Program-made: the position numbers and the translations under genes
Source: Paraspadella gotoi
Lineage: Eukaryota > Animalia > Chaetognatha
Direction of reading: 5' to 3'
Assembly (NCBI GenBank): GCA_051294375.1
Contig: CM119267.1
Location: 19,962,251 to 20,026,250, forward strand
DNA: 64,000 nt
Notes under the pieces: model-generated
The model's input: only the letters and a program-made list of their open reading frames with translations
What the model was told of the DNA's origin: nothing
Database searches by the model: none
Shown here: positions 49,991 to 63,329 of the stretch, in pieces
Position numbering within the stretch: the first letter of the stretch is position 1
Layout of the letters: each line of letters opens with the position of its first letter

Positions 49991-51030
49991 AAAAATAAGG
50001 AAAAAAGCAGGAAAAAAGTGGGAAAGAGAGAGATGGGTAAAATATGGTAGGGGGAGAGGAGATAAGAGTAGACAGGAAAAATAGTTTTTTTTTTTAAATT
50101 TAAAGATTTCATACCAAAAAATGAAAAAAAATCACATTTGAAAATTAACCGAATTTGAACCGTTAAAATAAATATAATTAACGGTTAGTTAAAATTATTT
50201 TTAACCGTTCATCACCGTTAACAGTTAACGGTTATCGGAACACTAGTTATTAAGAATAGGATAATAGTAGTCATTTAAAAATAACAAATATAACAATCGA
50301 ATAAGGACATAGCTATTTTAGTGTAGAACAGATCTGTAAAATTCGATTGGTGATGAACCTTTTTTTTGTATAATTTTATCTTTCTTTGCCAAAAATGTGA
50401 CAATTTTTAATGTATATAAAAATTGTCACATAAAAAGAAAGAACAATATAATTATGATAAATCAAATTAATTAAAATTTTTATAAACTTTTACATAAGGC
50501 TTTTGAAACATAAAAAGTAAAAAACTTATAAAATATTTTTGGTATAGTGGACTAAAAATCCACCAACCGTTTCAGTCACAGCGGCCATTGGTGCCGGAGG
50601 CAAGTCATTCGCCCTCCCAACCAAAAGGTCCGGGGTTCTAGCCCGGTGGATCGCCTAGCAGTTAAGAGGGACGGGGCGCGTTAACCGCCTGTAAACTACG
50701 GTGTTACAAGCCTGATCCGAAGCTCAGGGACTGCTTTATTTAACGGTTCTGTCACTAACACATAACAATAAATTACTGTCACTTCATTGGTAAGTTTATT
50801 CTATTTTTTTTATTTTATAAAAAAGTTAGTTAAGCTATATTTATTTAATATATTAATGAATAAAAATATAGGTTAAAGTTAAAAAATAATAAGTATACAA
50901 ACAATTTATTGCTGATTTGCATTCCTTGCAAAAAGTTGAATATAACAGAACAATATAATTTTTACTCTAAAATTGAAGTTATTCAAATTGGTTCTAAAAT
51001 TCAGAAAAACTATAATTTTTAAGCTAAATT

Positions 51031-52248
51031 GTTGTTACTATGATATTGAGGCAAATGGTTTTTGTTTTACAACGAATTTTTTTTATTTTTCATAGAAAAC
51101 GGCCATGTTTCGGCTTTAGTTGCAAGCCTTCTTCAGTCGTTAAAAACAATTTTGTTGATTTGGACAGTTTTTTGTGTGAAAGACCAGGGGGGAGACGAGG
51201 ATAGAAGAGAGAGAGAGCAGAGAGCGACACGGGCAAAGTTTCCAAACACAGAGTTGAGAAGAATAGTGGTCAAGTGGGTGAGGACAGGTTAAAGCAATTG
51301 AGGACAAATAAGAGATTTTAGTTGTAGAAATATGAAATGAAATGGTCAAAAGTGAGAGAGATTGAGAGAGAGAGGAGAGAGGGACGACAGGGAGAGAAAA
51401 AATAATACATTTCAAATGTACAACAAATTAAAGTTTTAACCTAAATACACAGTTCTACTTCACCAATTCAACCATACCCACATCAAATAATTCTGACGTG
51501 GACGTATGAAATGAAATGTGACACAGTAGACACAATACTTTGTGTTAATAAAGTTAGAAATTAAGAGTTAAGAATAGAGCTCACAGTGAAGCCTCCCTGG
51601 CACCCGACAATACACCATGTTCGGTTCACATCGTCCTCTCAACCAATGAACGCCACATGACCCAGCCCAATCGCCGAGCCTCTGCATTTTGTCCAAACTA
51701 GGGGGCGGCCAGCTCATTTGAGCTCTATCTTAACTCTTAATTTCTAACTTTATTAACACTAAATGTAATTTCTAAACTTTCACATTTCCATTTCACACTC
51801 TCACTCAAATTATTTAATTTATTTAATCTGTTAATAACTGTTTATTTAGTTTAAAACCTTTATTGTGTTGTACATTTGAAATTAGTATGTATTATTTCTC
51901 TCTCCCTGTCTCCTCTACTCTCTTCTCTCTAATCTCTCACTCTGACCAATTTTCATTTCAATATTTCACAACTAAACTCTATTTGTCCTCATTCTTAACC
52001 CTGTTCTCACCTACTGAACCACTATTCTTTTCTCAACTCTGTGTTGGAACTTTGCCTGTCTCTCTCTCTCTCTCTCCCTCCTCCCTTCTTCTTCTCTCTT
52101 TCTACTTCTTTCACACAAAACACTGTCCAAAATTCACAAATTGTTTAACCGCTGACAGAAGGCTTCGCAACTACACAGAAACATGTCCGTTTTTCTATGC
52201 AACTAAAAAATTCCGTTTTGCTAACACAAAAACCCCATTTCTCGCCTC
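51031..52248 (+). mobile_element. Penelope-like insertion consisting of two inverted pLTRs around a ~120-bp spacer
   Basis: Arms ~51031-51590 and ~51711-52248 are inverted, homologous to the 53332-55047 arms, and each has a hammerhead. A target duplication of about AATTTTAGCTT is read from the cleaner copies at 56393-56405 and 62860-62874. It sits inside a family-C MITE. Confidence 0.82.
51098..51141 (-). ncRNA. Minimal hammerhead ribozyme (noisy copy); partner at ~52146-52192 (+)
   Basis: Reverse complement of the 62756 motif with one or two errors. Confidence 0.7.
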
Positions 52249-53420
52249 ACTAAAAATTAAAAAATTAAATAAAAAAATAGTTTTTTAATATTTTTTAACC
52301 AAACTTAATGAATAATATTATTAAATATGGAATATACTTTCTTATATTAACTTTTTGTAAGAAATTTAAATCCGGTTTTAAAATTTTAATTTTGTTACTT
52401 AAACTTATTTTTACTATTATTTATTAATAAATATTTCTAACAACAGTAAATAAACGTACCAAAATATTTATATGGGTCTTTATTTTTATATTATGTACGC
52501 TAAATTTAGCTTTTATAAAATTTTAATAATTTTGAGTTCTTATACTCTAGAATGTTTGTTCCATTTAAATAGTACCTTATATGCTGAAAAAATTGCCATT
52601 TCCGACAAAGAAGATGAAAACTATACAAAATAATGGTTATCAACATCGAATTCTACAGACTTGATTACAACTAAAATACTTATTAAATTATTTTATATTT
52701 TGGTTAATTTTTAATAATGCCCTAATACCTAGTATTCTAGGTCGGGAAAAGCCGTGCACAAAAGCCCGTTAATTAGAGCCATATATAAAAGGGTGCTGCA
52801 TGCAACAATTATAGCATACCCAAAACCAACAATATCCTTGCTGCTAGCTCTTTATATACTAAAGTAAGGGACCAACTCCGCAGATAATTTAAAATTTGGA
52901 CTATTAGCAAGTTTTTTTTTATTGTCTTGACTAAAATATTTAAGCAATCATTTTCCAAAAAAATCATATTATACATCTTGGATTAATACATTAAATGTTA
53001 CTCATCTTTTTTCGTATTTAAAAAATTTTTTTTTAGAATATTAAATTTTTTTATGGATTCTGTAGAGCATAAGTTAAACAAGAAATATAATTACAGCTTT
53101 TAAAAATTTCTATGTTTTCTAAGTGAAAATATAAAAAATGATAAAATCATTGAAAGATGATGATAATGATAATTTTTTACAGTTTTTCTTATTTTTAACT
53201 CACTTATCAATAAAATATTTAAAAAAGAATTATACTTGTGTGGACAACTAGTTTAAAATTTCAAAACTCTCAAAAAAAAATTTGGCCTTTCTTATCTATA
53301 AATTATATTAAAAAATTATTATTTGGGTATACATTGTGTTTGTTTTCCTTTCTGTTTCGTTTGTGATTTGATTAAGAACATAAGTTTGAAGAGAGATTTA
53401 CGAGTTTTTATTTCAATAGT

Positions 53421-53462
53421 GACGGAACTGTTTCGACTCACATACGAGTCTTCTTCAGCGCC
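53421..53462 (-). ncRNA. Minimal hammerhead ribozyme (inverted pLTR arm); noisy partner at ~54955-54997 (+)
   Basis: GGCG-CTGAAGA-A-GACTC(gtatgt)GAGTC-GAAA-CAG-TTC^CGTC. Confidence 0.82.
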
Positions 53463-53904
53463 AATTCAATTTGTGAATTTAAGAGAATTTTGTGCCATAA
53501 GAAAGAGAGAGAGAGAGAGACCAGAGCAAAGTTTTCCAACAACAGAGTTTGAGAGAAGGATAGTGTTCAGTTTTTTATTAGGGACAGGTGAAGGTGAGGA
53601 CAGAGACCTAGTTTGTGAAAAAGAATTGAAATGGAGAAAAGAGAGAAGGATGGAGAAGAGAGAGATATGACAGTGCCTTCAAATATATTACATTATGACA
53701 AATGTACAACAATGTTAAATTTGTAAACTTTCTATAATGAATAATATCAACAATTAGCTACAGTAATAAATTAGTGAATGAAATAGAAGTTCAGAAATGT
53801 GAAATATTTTATTGTTTAGTGAGGGATACTAAGTAATTAGGAAAAGGGAAAATATTAAGTAATAACGAAAGAGTCTCAAAAAATAGCCGATACACGACGG
53901 GCTA

Positions 53905-54085
53905 ATACTGGCCATGTATTCAGAGAATCAGACTGTCTCGTGCTGTCCATGAACCCAAGCTGGTTTCAAGAGGTATTAGAGGGCAATCTTACATCAAAGC
54001 CCCGAGCCCTCTTTGAACCGTGATGGGAGGGAGCGATTCGATCTCCCTCCAATGCTATGATTGCATTATCAAAAAGCGTGGTGGA
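53905..54085 (+). pseudogene. Penelope GIY-YIG endonuclease C-terminal fragment (frameshifted)
   Basis: Allowing indels it reads GHVFRESDCLVLSxEPSWFQRGIREAIYIKAxEPSLNRDGG.RFDLPP.YD, the WFxRGxxEAIYI...PSLNRDGG motif that ends Penelope ORFs. Confidence 0.85.
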
Positions 54086-56577
54086 AGGCCCTGTCTACCC
54101 ACCCACGTCCGCACAATGATTTCCCGCCATCTCCACTCAAGGATAGCGGGAGACCCTTGCGCAGGCAAATGAGGCTAGAACGATACCTCTCTTTCAAACT
54201 GCAGCAAACTCATTCCTTCCTCTGTGGACTGAAGCACGCCCAAAGACGACGGCTGGCAGAGGAAAGGGGGGAGGCCCACCACTCCATGTCGCGAAAGTGC
54301 AAGAATGGACAGCGCCCACTCGCAAGGCAGGCAAAGAAGAGGGCAGTCGGCAGGCGTACGCAGGCCAGAGAGACATCCGAGTGGCTTTGGTTTCTTCCCG
54401 CAGGAAAGTCTTCCCAGCTCTGCAACTAGTAGGTCTCCACCAACCTGTCCTTCACTCAGCCAATGACACACAATGACCACCTTATCAATCTGAGCTTGTC
54501 CGATTTGTTCATAACAAGGGGGCCAGCTCATTTTGAGCTCTTTCTTATTACTTGAAATTTCCCTTTCCTAATTACTTAGCTATCCTCACTAACAATAAAT
54601 ATTTCACATTTCTGAACTTCTATTTCATTTCACGTAATTTATTACTGTAGCTAATTGTTGATATTACTTCATTATTAAGTTTAACCAAATTTTAACATTG
54701 TTGTACATTTCATAATGTAATATATTTTAAGGACAACTGTCCTCTCTCTCTCTCTCTGCTTGACTCTCTCTCTTCCATTTCAATTTCTTTTCACAACTAT
54801 CTCTGGGTCCTCATCCTCACCTGTCCACTAATAAAAAACTGACACTACATCCTTTCATCTCACAACTCTGTTGTTGGAAACTTTGCTCTGTCGCTCTCTC
54901 TCTCTCTCTCTTTCTTATGGCAGCAAAATTCTCATTCAAATTCACATATTGAATGCGCGAGAAGAAGACTCGTAATGTGAGTCGAACAGTGTCCGTTTCT
55001 ATGAAAATAAAAAAATCGGGTTGTTAATCTCTCTTCAAACTTTGTTATGGGTATAGACCATATAAAATTTTTTTTCCATTGAAAATATACTTAAAAATGT
55101 ATAAATTTTCGTTTGGGTCTGAACTCATTCTAAATTTTTGGGGTACCCCCCAACTTAAGGTCAAATCACAACGAAACAGAAAGGAAAAAAACACAATGTA
55201 TACCCAAATAATAATTTTTTAATCATAATTTATAGATAAGAAAGGCCCAATTTTTTTTTTGAGAGTTTTGAAATTTTAAACTAGTTGTCCACACAAAGTA
55301 TAATTCTTTTTTAAATATTTTTATGATAAGTGAGTTAAAAATAAGAAAAACTGTAAAAAATTATCATTATCATCATCTTTCAATGATTTTATCATTTTTT
55401 TATATTTTCACTTAGAAAACATAGAAATTTTTAAAAGCTGTAAATTATATTTCTTGTTTAACTTTTTATGCTCTATCAGAATCCATAAAAAATTTTAATA
55501 TTTCTAAAAAAAAATTTTTAAATACGAAAAAAGATGAGTAACATTTAATGTATTAATCAAGATGTATAATATGATTTTTTTGGAAAATGATTGCTTAAAT
55601 ATTTAGTCAAGACNNNNNNNNNNNNNNNNNNNNNNNNNNNNNNNNNNNNNNNNNNNNNNNNNNNNNNNNNNNNNNNNNNNNNNNNNNNNNNNNNNNNNNN
55701 NNNNNNNNNNNNNNNNNNNNNNNNNNNNNNNNNNNNNNNNNNNNNNNNNNNNNNNNNNNNNNNNNNNNNNNNNNNNNNNNNNNNNNNNNNNNNNNNNNNN
55801 NNNNNNNNNNNNNNNNNNNNNNNNNNNNNNNNNNNNNNNNNNNNNNNNNNNNNNNNNNNNNNNNNNNNNNNNNNNNNNNNNNNNNNNNNNNNNNNNGCTT
55901 TTGTGCACGGTTTCCCGACCTAGAATACTAGTTATTAGGGCATTTAAAAATAACAAAATATAAATAATTTAATAAGCTATTTTAGTGTAATCAAGTCTGT
56001 AGAATTCGATGTTGATAACCATATTTTTGTATAGTTTCATCTTCTTTGTCGGAAATGGCAATTTTTTCAGCATATAAGGTACTATTTAAATGGAACAAAC
56101 ATTCTAGAGTATAAGAAACTCAAATTATTAAAATTTTATAAAAGCTAAATTTAGCGTACATAATATAAAAATAAAGACCCATATAAATATTTTGGTACGT
56201 TTATTTACTGTTTGTTAGAAATATTTATTAATAAATAATAGTAAAAAATAAGTTAAAGTAACAAAATTAAAATTTTAAAACCGGATTTAAATTTCTTACA
56301 AAAAGTTAATATAAGAAAGTATATTCCATTTTAATAAATTATTTCATTAAGTTGGTTAAAAAATATTAAAAACTATTTTTTATTTAATTTTTTAATTTTT
56401 AGCTTGAGGCAAAATGGTTTTTGTTTTACAACGAATTTTTTGTATATTTTCGATAGAAAGAAACGACATGTGTTCGGCGCTTTAGTTAGGCAAGGCCTTG
56501 CCTTCAGGTTAACATTTGTGAATGGGTCTTGGACAGGTTTTTTTTGTGGTGAAAGAAGGGAGAAGAGCGAGAGAGAG

Positions 56578-56616
<39 letters not shown>

Positions 56617-59600
56617 CAAAGTTTCCAACACAAGTTGAGGGAGAAAAAAAAGAATTAGTGGATTATCATGCGTGGTAAGAGGCACAAGGTTAAGAAACCA
56701 GATGGACAAATAGAGATTCTTCAAGTTGTTGAATATGAAATGAATGGAGTACAGAAGCTGGACAGAAGTGAGAGTATTGTTAGAGTGGTGTTTTATGTAG
56801 AGATAAGGGCGAGTGGGAGCAGGGAGACGGAAGAGAAAACAATGGAGATACATTTATCAAATGTCAGAGACGGAAAATGTAAAGTTTGTTAAACGGATAA
56901 CATGAGAAACGCGGACGTGGTAATGCACAACGAGATATTATCATATAGATTAAATTTTTGATGTGGAAGGTTGAAAATATGACTGATGAATAAGGAGTTT
57001 TAGTAATAAATCAACACATTTAGCGATTGTATAAATAGTTTAGGAAGATTAAGGAGTCAAGATAAGGAGCCTCGAAAAGGTGAGTGCTTTGGCCCCTCAT
57101 GTGGGGGGAGACGGTGGGAATATAGAGTTAGGTTGTGCCGCGAAATACTCTCGGAGGGAGGCGGACCGACGGACCGGAGGCAAGTGAATTATAGATGTTC
57201 CGGGAATCTGCTGATAGAGCAGATGCCGACTAAAAAAAAATAAAGGAAAAAAGCAGGAAAAAAAGTGGAGAAGAGAGAGGATGGGATAAAATAGGTAGGC
57301 AAGGGGAAGAGAGAATAAGAGAGAACAGGAAAAACGAAATAGTTTTTTTTTAAATTTAAGAGATTTCATACCGAAGAAAAATGAAAAAAATCACAATATG
57401 AAGAATTAACAATCGAATTTAACGACGGTTAAGATAAATATATTAATGGTTACTAGTTAAAATTATTTTCTAACGGTTCTGGACCAGGATGAGAGGCCTC
57501 CCGGGGCCGCAGGCTGGGTCCCAATTTGCATGGTGTCATTGGTTGAGAGGGACATTGACCGAATGTGTATTGAGATGCGGGCTCAGGGAGGGTCGTTCAC
57601 TTTGAGCGTTATAATCTTAAACTCCTTAAATTTCTAAACTATTTATTAACATGAGAATGTAAGTTTTCCCCTGAACTTTCTACATGTTACCACTTTTCAA
57701 GCGCCACTTCATAAAATTTCTTATTTATGTGATTGAAATTTGTTAAATAGAACCTGAGTTTATTTTAGTTTTAAGCGCTTTTATTTTGTTTCGTTAACAT
57801 TTTGAAATGGATATTAATTATTTTGTTTCCTGACCTGCCGCTGGAGTACTCTCCTACGTCTCATCTTTCTACGCTGCTCAATCTCAGTCGTCAACTTTGA
57901 CCATTTCATTTCTATATAATTCACACAATGCTAAATATTATAACATCTATAATTAATGTTCGAACGTACCATTAGAAATATTATCTTAACCTGGTCTCCA
58001 CACTTGGACCACTAATGTACACATTTTTCCTCACCTCTGTGGTATGGAAAACTTTGCCCTGTTCTCGTCTCTCTCTCTCTCTCTAAGTATACTCGCCTCG
58101 GTCACACCCCGCTTTCTTTCACAGAGCCAAATAAGATATAAAGATTTAGGTCCGTCGAAATTTCACAAATTGTGTAAAACTGCACTGATGAGAAGAGCTT
58201 AGCCATCTAAGCTCCGGACTGGATTGGGTACTCGTTTTTCTAAGAACATCAAATAGGAAAATTCGTTGTAAAGAGGATACAATAAAACCATTTTGGCTCA
58301 AATACATAGAACCAACAATTCTTTAGGCCTTATAAATTTTTATAGGTTTTTTGCTATGAATTTTGAACCTAATTTAATACTTAATTTTAGCGTAAGAAAA
58401 TTTATATGTATCTGGTTGTTCTTTCTTTGCCGCTCCCTATAATATATCAAACATTCGATCAATTTTTTTTGCTCAAATAGAGAGAATATTGCCAAAGTCT
58501 ACTCACAGTGAAAAAATAAATAGAATTCTGCTATTGAGAAATATTATTATTTTTTAAACTTTGTCAACCCTAGATTTTTATCATAATTATTAATAATAAT
58601 AGCTAACCTAAAAGTTTTTATAAAAATAAAAAATAAGAGAAATAAAAAAGCTTAAAACCGCAAAATCGAACAGTGTTAACAGGTAAATATTAATTGTTAG
58701 TGTGGTTAGTTGACAGAACACCTTGTATTAGAAATAAAATTAAATAATATAGGCATTGAAATCGCATCGTGAGTTTAGTACTTGTCGGAAATTATATGAC
58801 CAGATAGCAGGCATTACTTGAAACCGCAGCGGAGTTATTACGGGCCGGGTTTAAGGCGCCCGTCCCTCTTAACTGATTTCATAGGAATAGTGGAAGAAAA
58901 CTTCGAAAGCTAAGGATGGTAAAGGAGAATAGGGCGAGAGAGACAGTTGACCGGGGCCGTCGGGGGCGTAGTAAAGATGAGGAAAAAGCTCGCAGGGAAC
59001 GCCGGTTATTTTGGGAGTTGGGGAGGCGAACGTGGACTAAAATCCACCAAACGCGTAGTCATTGGGGGGGGGCTCTCCCAGCGGCCGATTGGTGCCGGAG
59101 GAAGCTCATTCCCTCCCAAACCCAAAACGGCTCGGGGTTCCTAGCCCGCGAGTTGGTCGCCTAGCAGGGTTCAAGAGGGGACGGTGGCGCGCTTAACCCG
59201 CCTGTAACTCGGTGCGTTACACGCTGAGTCCGCATACGCTCGCAGGGACTGCCTTATATCTTAACGGCTTCTGCTCACTAACCACCATACACAGTAATTA
59301 CTGTCAACTGACGCGTGTACTGTCATTGGTAAGGTTTTATTTCTCATTTTTATTTAGTTTTATTACAAAAGGTAGTTTAGGCTTATATTTCCACTCTAAT
59401 AATTATGAAATACACACTCACGCGCCGCTCTCACATAGTTAAGAAATAATAATATCAAAGGAATTTATTTCCCTGGATTGTGCAGTTCCTTGCAAAAAGA
59501 TTGATAATAGAGAGAATATTAAGAATTTTTACTCTAAAATTAAGTTATTAAAAAGGTTGGTCAAGAATTCAGAAAAACTATAATTTTAAAGACTAAAATT

Positions 59601-62600
59601 GTGTTGCTATGTATTGAGCAAAATGGTTTGTTTTTTTACAAGATGGCCAGTGGGAACGATTGTTTTTTATTTTCATAGAAAAACGGGACAGTGTTTGGCG
59701 TACTCAGACTAGTGGGGTGTGGCGTGATAAGGTGTTGTGTGGGCGCAGTGGCTTGGCGTCTTAGTTGCAAGCCCGATTTAGCCTGCGGCTCGTTTGGTAG
59801 ATGGTCGTGCGGCCTGTTCAGCTGCCTGTTGTATCTGCTGGGCTGTTTCAGCGTTAGAACAAGTGTTTGTGAATGTTGTTTTGGATGACAGTCTTTGTTA
59901 GTGTGTGAAAGACAGAGTGGGGGGCGAGAGATAGAGAGAGATGAGAGGAAGAAGAGAGGACAAGGGCAAGTTTCCAACTACAGAGTTGAGGAAAGAGGAA
60001 ATACGTGGTCAAGTGGCCTGAGGACCACAGGTTGTAATGAAATGGGAGGACGAAGGGAGTAGAGATTTTTAGTTGTGAATAGATGAAACTGGAAGATGGT
60101 CAAAAAGTGAGAGAGATTGGAGAGGAGACGAGAGAGAGGGAGAGCGGGGAGGGAGATGAAGAAATAGAATAATATACGCACGTTTCAAGGAATGGTAATC
60201 ATTACGGAAATAAATGTGTTTGAAGAGCTCGTATAGATAGGGAACGCAGTATATTGCAACAAGTTAAGATATGCAATTAAAGTAGGATGTTTTTGAGTTG
60301 GAGAGTGTGAAAAATGGAATGTTGAAAGATTAGAGGAAAATACATTAAAGTGTTAATAAAGGTTAGGAGAATGTTAAGAGTTAATGATGGATGAAGGCGA
60401 AGCTCGAAAGTGAGGCCTGCGCCTATGGCCGACAATAACATGGGTTCGGGGTTGCAATTGTGCCCTCTGCTCAAACCATGACAGCGCGAATGACCCGCCC
60501 GGCAATGCCGCCGCGAGCCTCTCGAGTCGTATGTCGCAATACAAGGGGGGCCCAGCTAACTTTGAGCTTGCCTATCTTAAGACTCTAATTTCTCAACTTT
60601 ATAACACTAAAATGTATTTTTCCTAACTTTCACATTTCATTTTCAACTCCACTCAAATTTAATTATTTGATTTATTGTTAATAACTGTTATTTATGTTTA
60701 AAAACTTTCATTTGTTGTACATTGTTGAAATGTATTGATTTGTTTCTGCTCTCGTTGAAGCCTGTCAGTTCGCCTCTCTCTCTCTCTTCTCAAATCTCTC
60801 TCACAGATGCGGGTGACGGCATTGCATCTGTCATATTCACAAGCGTAAAATCTCTTATTGTCCTCATTCTTAACCTGTTCCTGCGGGCGACGGCACTTGA
60901 GGCCAAACTTTATGGTGGCTTTGATTCTCAGGACTCTGTGTGTGGGACAACGTGTGGTTGCCCACTGGTGCTGCGGTCTTCGCTCTCCTTCCCGTCGGGT
61001 GTCTCTCGCGTGGAGGTCGGTGCCCGTGTTCTCTCTCGTGTCGGGGCTGTTGTCGAGGGCAGTCGGGTGTCTGCTGCTCCTTCTCCTTCTTTCACACAAA
61101 AGAAAACTGTCCAGAAAAGTTCCAAATTGTTTAACGGGCTGAAGAAGGCTTGCAACTTAAAGCCGCGAAAACAATGTCCCGTGTGTTTTCTATGAAAGGA
61201 TGAAAAAAAATTCGTTGTAAAACAAAAAAACCAATTTTGCCTGCAAGCTAAAAAATTAAAAATTAAAGTAAAAATAGTGTTTTTAATATTTTAGACCAAC
61301 TTAATGAATAGATTGTATTAAGAATGGATAGTATACTTTCTTATATTGAACTTTTTGTAAGAAAATTTAGGATGAATTGTGCCGGTTTAAAAATGTTTAA
61401 GTTTTGTTAGCTCGCGTTATGACTTATTTTTACCTATTATGTTATTAAAATAAAAGTATTTCTAACAGAAACCAGTAAGAATAGAACGTATGACCAAAAT
61501 ATTTATGATGGGTCTTTATTTTTATATTATGGTACGGCTGAGTAAAATTTGGTCGGTTGTTTTTATAGAAATTCGTTTGAAGATGGAAGTGTTGTGAGTG
61601 GTGTTTCTTATAGCTGCTAGAATGTGTCTGTGGTGCCATGTTGAATAGGTACACTTGAATATGCTGAAAAAATTGCCGATTTCCGACAAAGAACAGGATG
61701 AAAAGCTAGTAGGCAAAGAATATGGTTTATCAACGATTTCGGAAGTGTCTGTACAGACCGTTGATGTAACGACTGAAAGATAGCTTTTATTAAGATTGCT
61801 TTTATATTTTGTTATTTTTAAAATTGGCCCTAGATGAACTAGTATTCTAGGGTCGGGAAACCGTGCACAAAAGCACCAGTTAATTAGCAGGCCATAATAT
61901 AAGGGTGCTGGCATGCAAGCAAATTATAGCGCATAGCGCCGAAGAAGCCGACCAATAATACTGTGCTGCTAAAGCTCCCTTTGATATAGTGGGGTACTAA
62001 AGTAGGGGACCAAAACTCCGCAGATTAATTTAAAAATTTGGACTATTAGCGCGAAAGTTGTTTTTTATTTGTCTTGACTAAATATTTAAGGGCAAGTCAT
62101 TTTCCAGAAAAAAAAATCATATGTATAAGCATCTTAGAGTTAAATGACATTAAATGTTTACTCATGGCTTTTTCTCGGTATTTAAAAATTTTTTTTTAGC
62201 AAATATTAAAAGTTTTTTATGGATGTTCCTGATAAGGAGCAATAAAAAAGTTAAACAAGAAATATAAGTTTACAGCTTCTTAAAAATTGTCTATGTTTTC
62301 CGTAAAGTGAAAATTAATAGAAAGAAATGATAAAATCATTGAAAGATGATTGATAATGATAATTTTTTTTAAACAAGTTTTTCCGTTGGATTAACTCACT
62401 TAGTCATAAAAATATTTAAAAAAGAATTCATAGCCGCTTGGTGTGTTTGGAGCAACGTAGTTTAAATATTTCGTCAAATAGACTCTCAGAAAAAAAAAAT
62501 GTGGGGCCCTTTCTTATCTATAAATTCAAGTGATTAATACAAATTATTGAGTTGTTGGCGTATACAAATTGGTGATTGTTCTTTTCCTTTCTGTTTTCGC

Positions 62601-62755
62601 TGGTGGTGTGAGTGTTATTAAGAACAAAGTCTCTTGAGANNNNNNNNNNNNNNNNNNNNNNNNNAAACTTTGCCCTGTCTCTCTCTCTCTCTCTCTCTCT
62701 ATCTCTCCCCCCCTTCTTTCACACAAAAAAACTGTCCAAAATTCACAAATTGTTT

Positions 62756-62798
62756 AACGCTGAAGAAGGCTTGCAACTAAAGCCGAAACATGTCCGTT
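62756..62798 (+). ncRNA. Minimal type I hammerhead ribozyme (Penelope pLTR, cleanest copy)
   Basis: AACG-CTGAAGA-A-GGCTT(gcaacta)AAGCC-GAAA-CAT-GTC^CGTT: intact core, 4-bp stem I, 5-bp stem II, vestigial palindromic stem III; AATAAA follows. Confidence 0.9.
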
Positions 62799-63094
62799 TT
62801 TTCTATGAAAATAAAAAAATTCGTTGTAAAACAAAAACCATTTTGCCTCAATACATAGAACAACAATTTTAGCTTAAAATTATAGTTTTTCTGAATTTTG
62901 ACCAATTTAATAACTTAATTTTAGAGTAAAAATTATATTTTCTTATATCAACTTTTTGCAAGGAATGCAAATCCAGGAATAAAATTTTGATATTATTATT
63001 TTTTAACTTTAACCTAATTTTTATTCATAATTATTAATAAATATAGCTAACTAACTTTTTTATAAAATAAAAAAAATAGAAATAAACTTACCAA

Positions 63095-63329
63095 TGAAGT
63101 GACAGTAATTATTGTTATGTGTTAGTGACAGAACCGTTAAATATAAGCAGTCCCTGAGCTTCGGATCAGGCTGTAACACCGAGTTACAGGCGGGTTAAGC
63201 GCCCCGTCCCTCTTAACTGCTAGGCGACCACCGGGCTAGAACCCCGGACCTTTTGGGTTGGGAGGCGAATGACTTGCCTCCGGCACCAATGGCCGCTGAT
63301 GAACGGTTGGTGGATTTTAGTCCACTATA
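63095..63329 (-). mobile_element. Solo LTR, TRIM family 1 (same insertion seen at ~50543-50787 + and noisy at ~59030-59327)
   Basis: TSD CCAA inside a family-C MITE, whose empty site is visible at ~22803-22815; tRNA-like module 63224-63296. Confidence 0.88.

Larger units (their letters stand above)
50267..52723. mobile_element. Family-C MITE carrying a solo LTR and a Penelope insertion
   Basis: Same TIRs as 22572-23496 at both ends. Confidence 0.75.
53332..55047 (+). mobile_element. Penelope-like retroelement, 5'-truncated, with an inverted pLTR at its 5' side
   Basis: Arms ~53332-53888 and ~54525-55047 are inverted copies. The centre carries a GIY-YIG C-terminal remnant. There is a hammerhead in each arm and TGGGTATA is duplicated on both flanks. 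It is inserted into a family-B MITE. Confidence 0.88.

Noticed and set aside
50788-50795. PBS-like TGG after the LTR at ~50787
   Set aside because: It is the TTGG target duplication within the host MITE.
63224-63296. tRNA-Gly(CCC) gene
   Set aside because: The anticodon stem does not pair, there is no T-run terminator, and it is embedded in a multi-copy LTR with TSDs.
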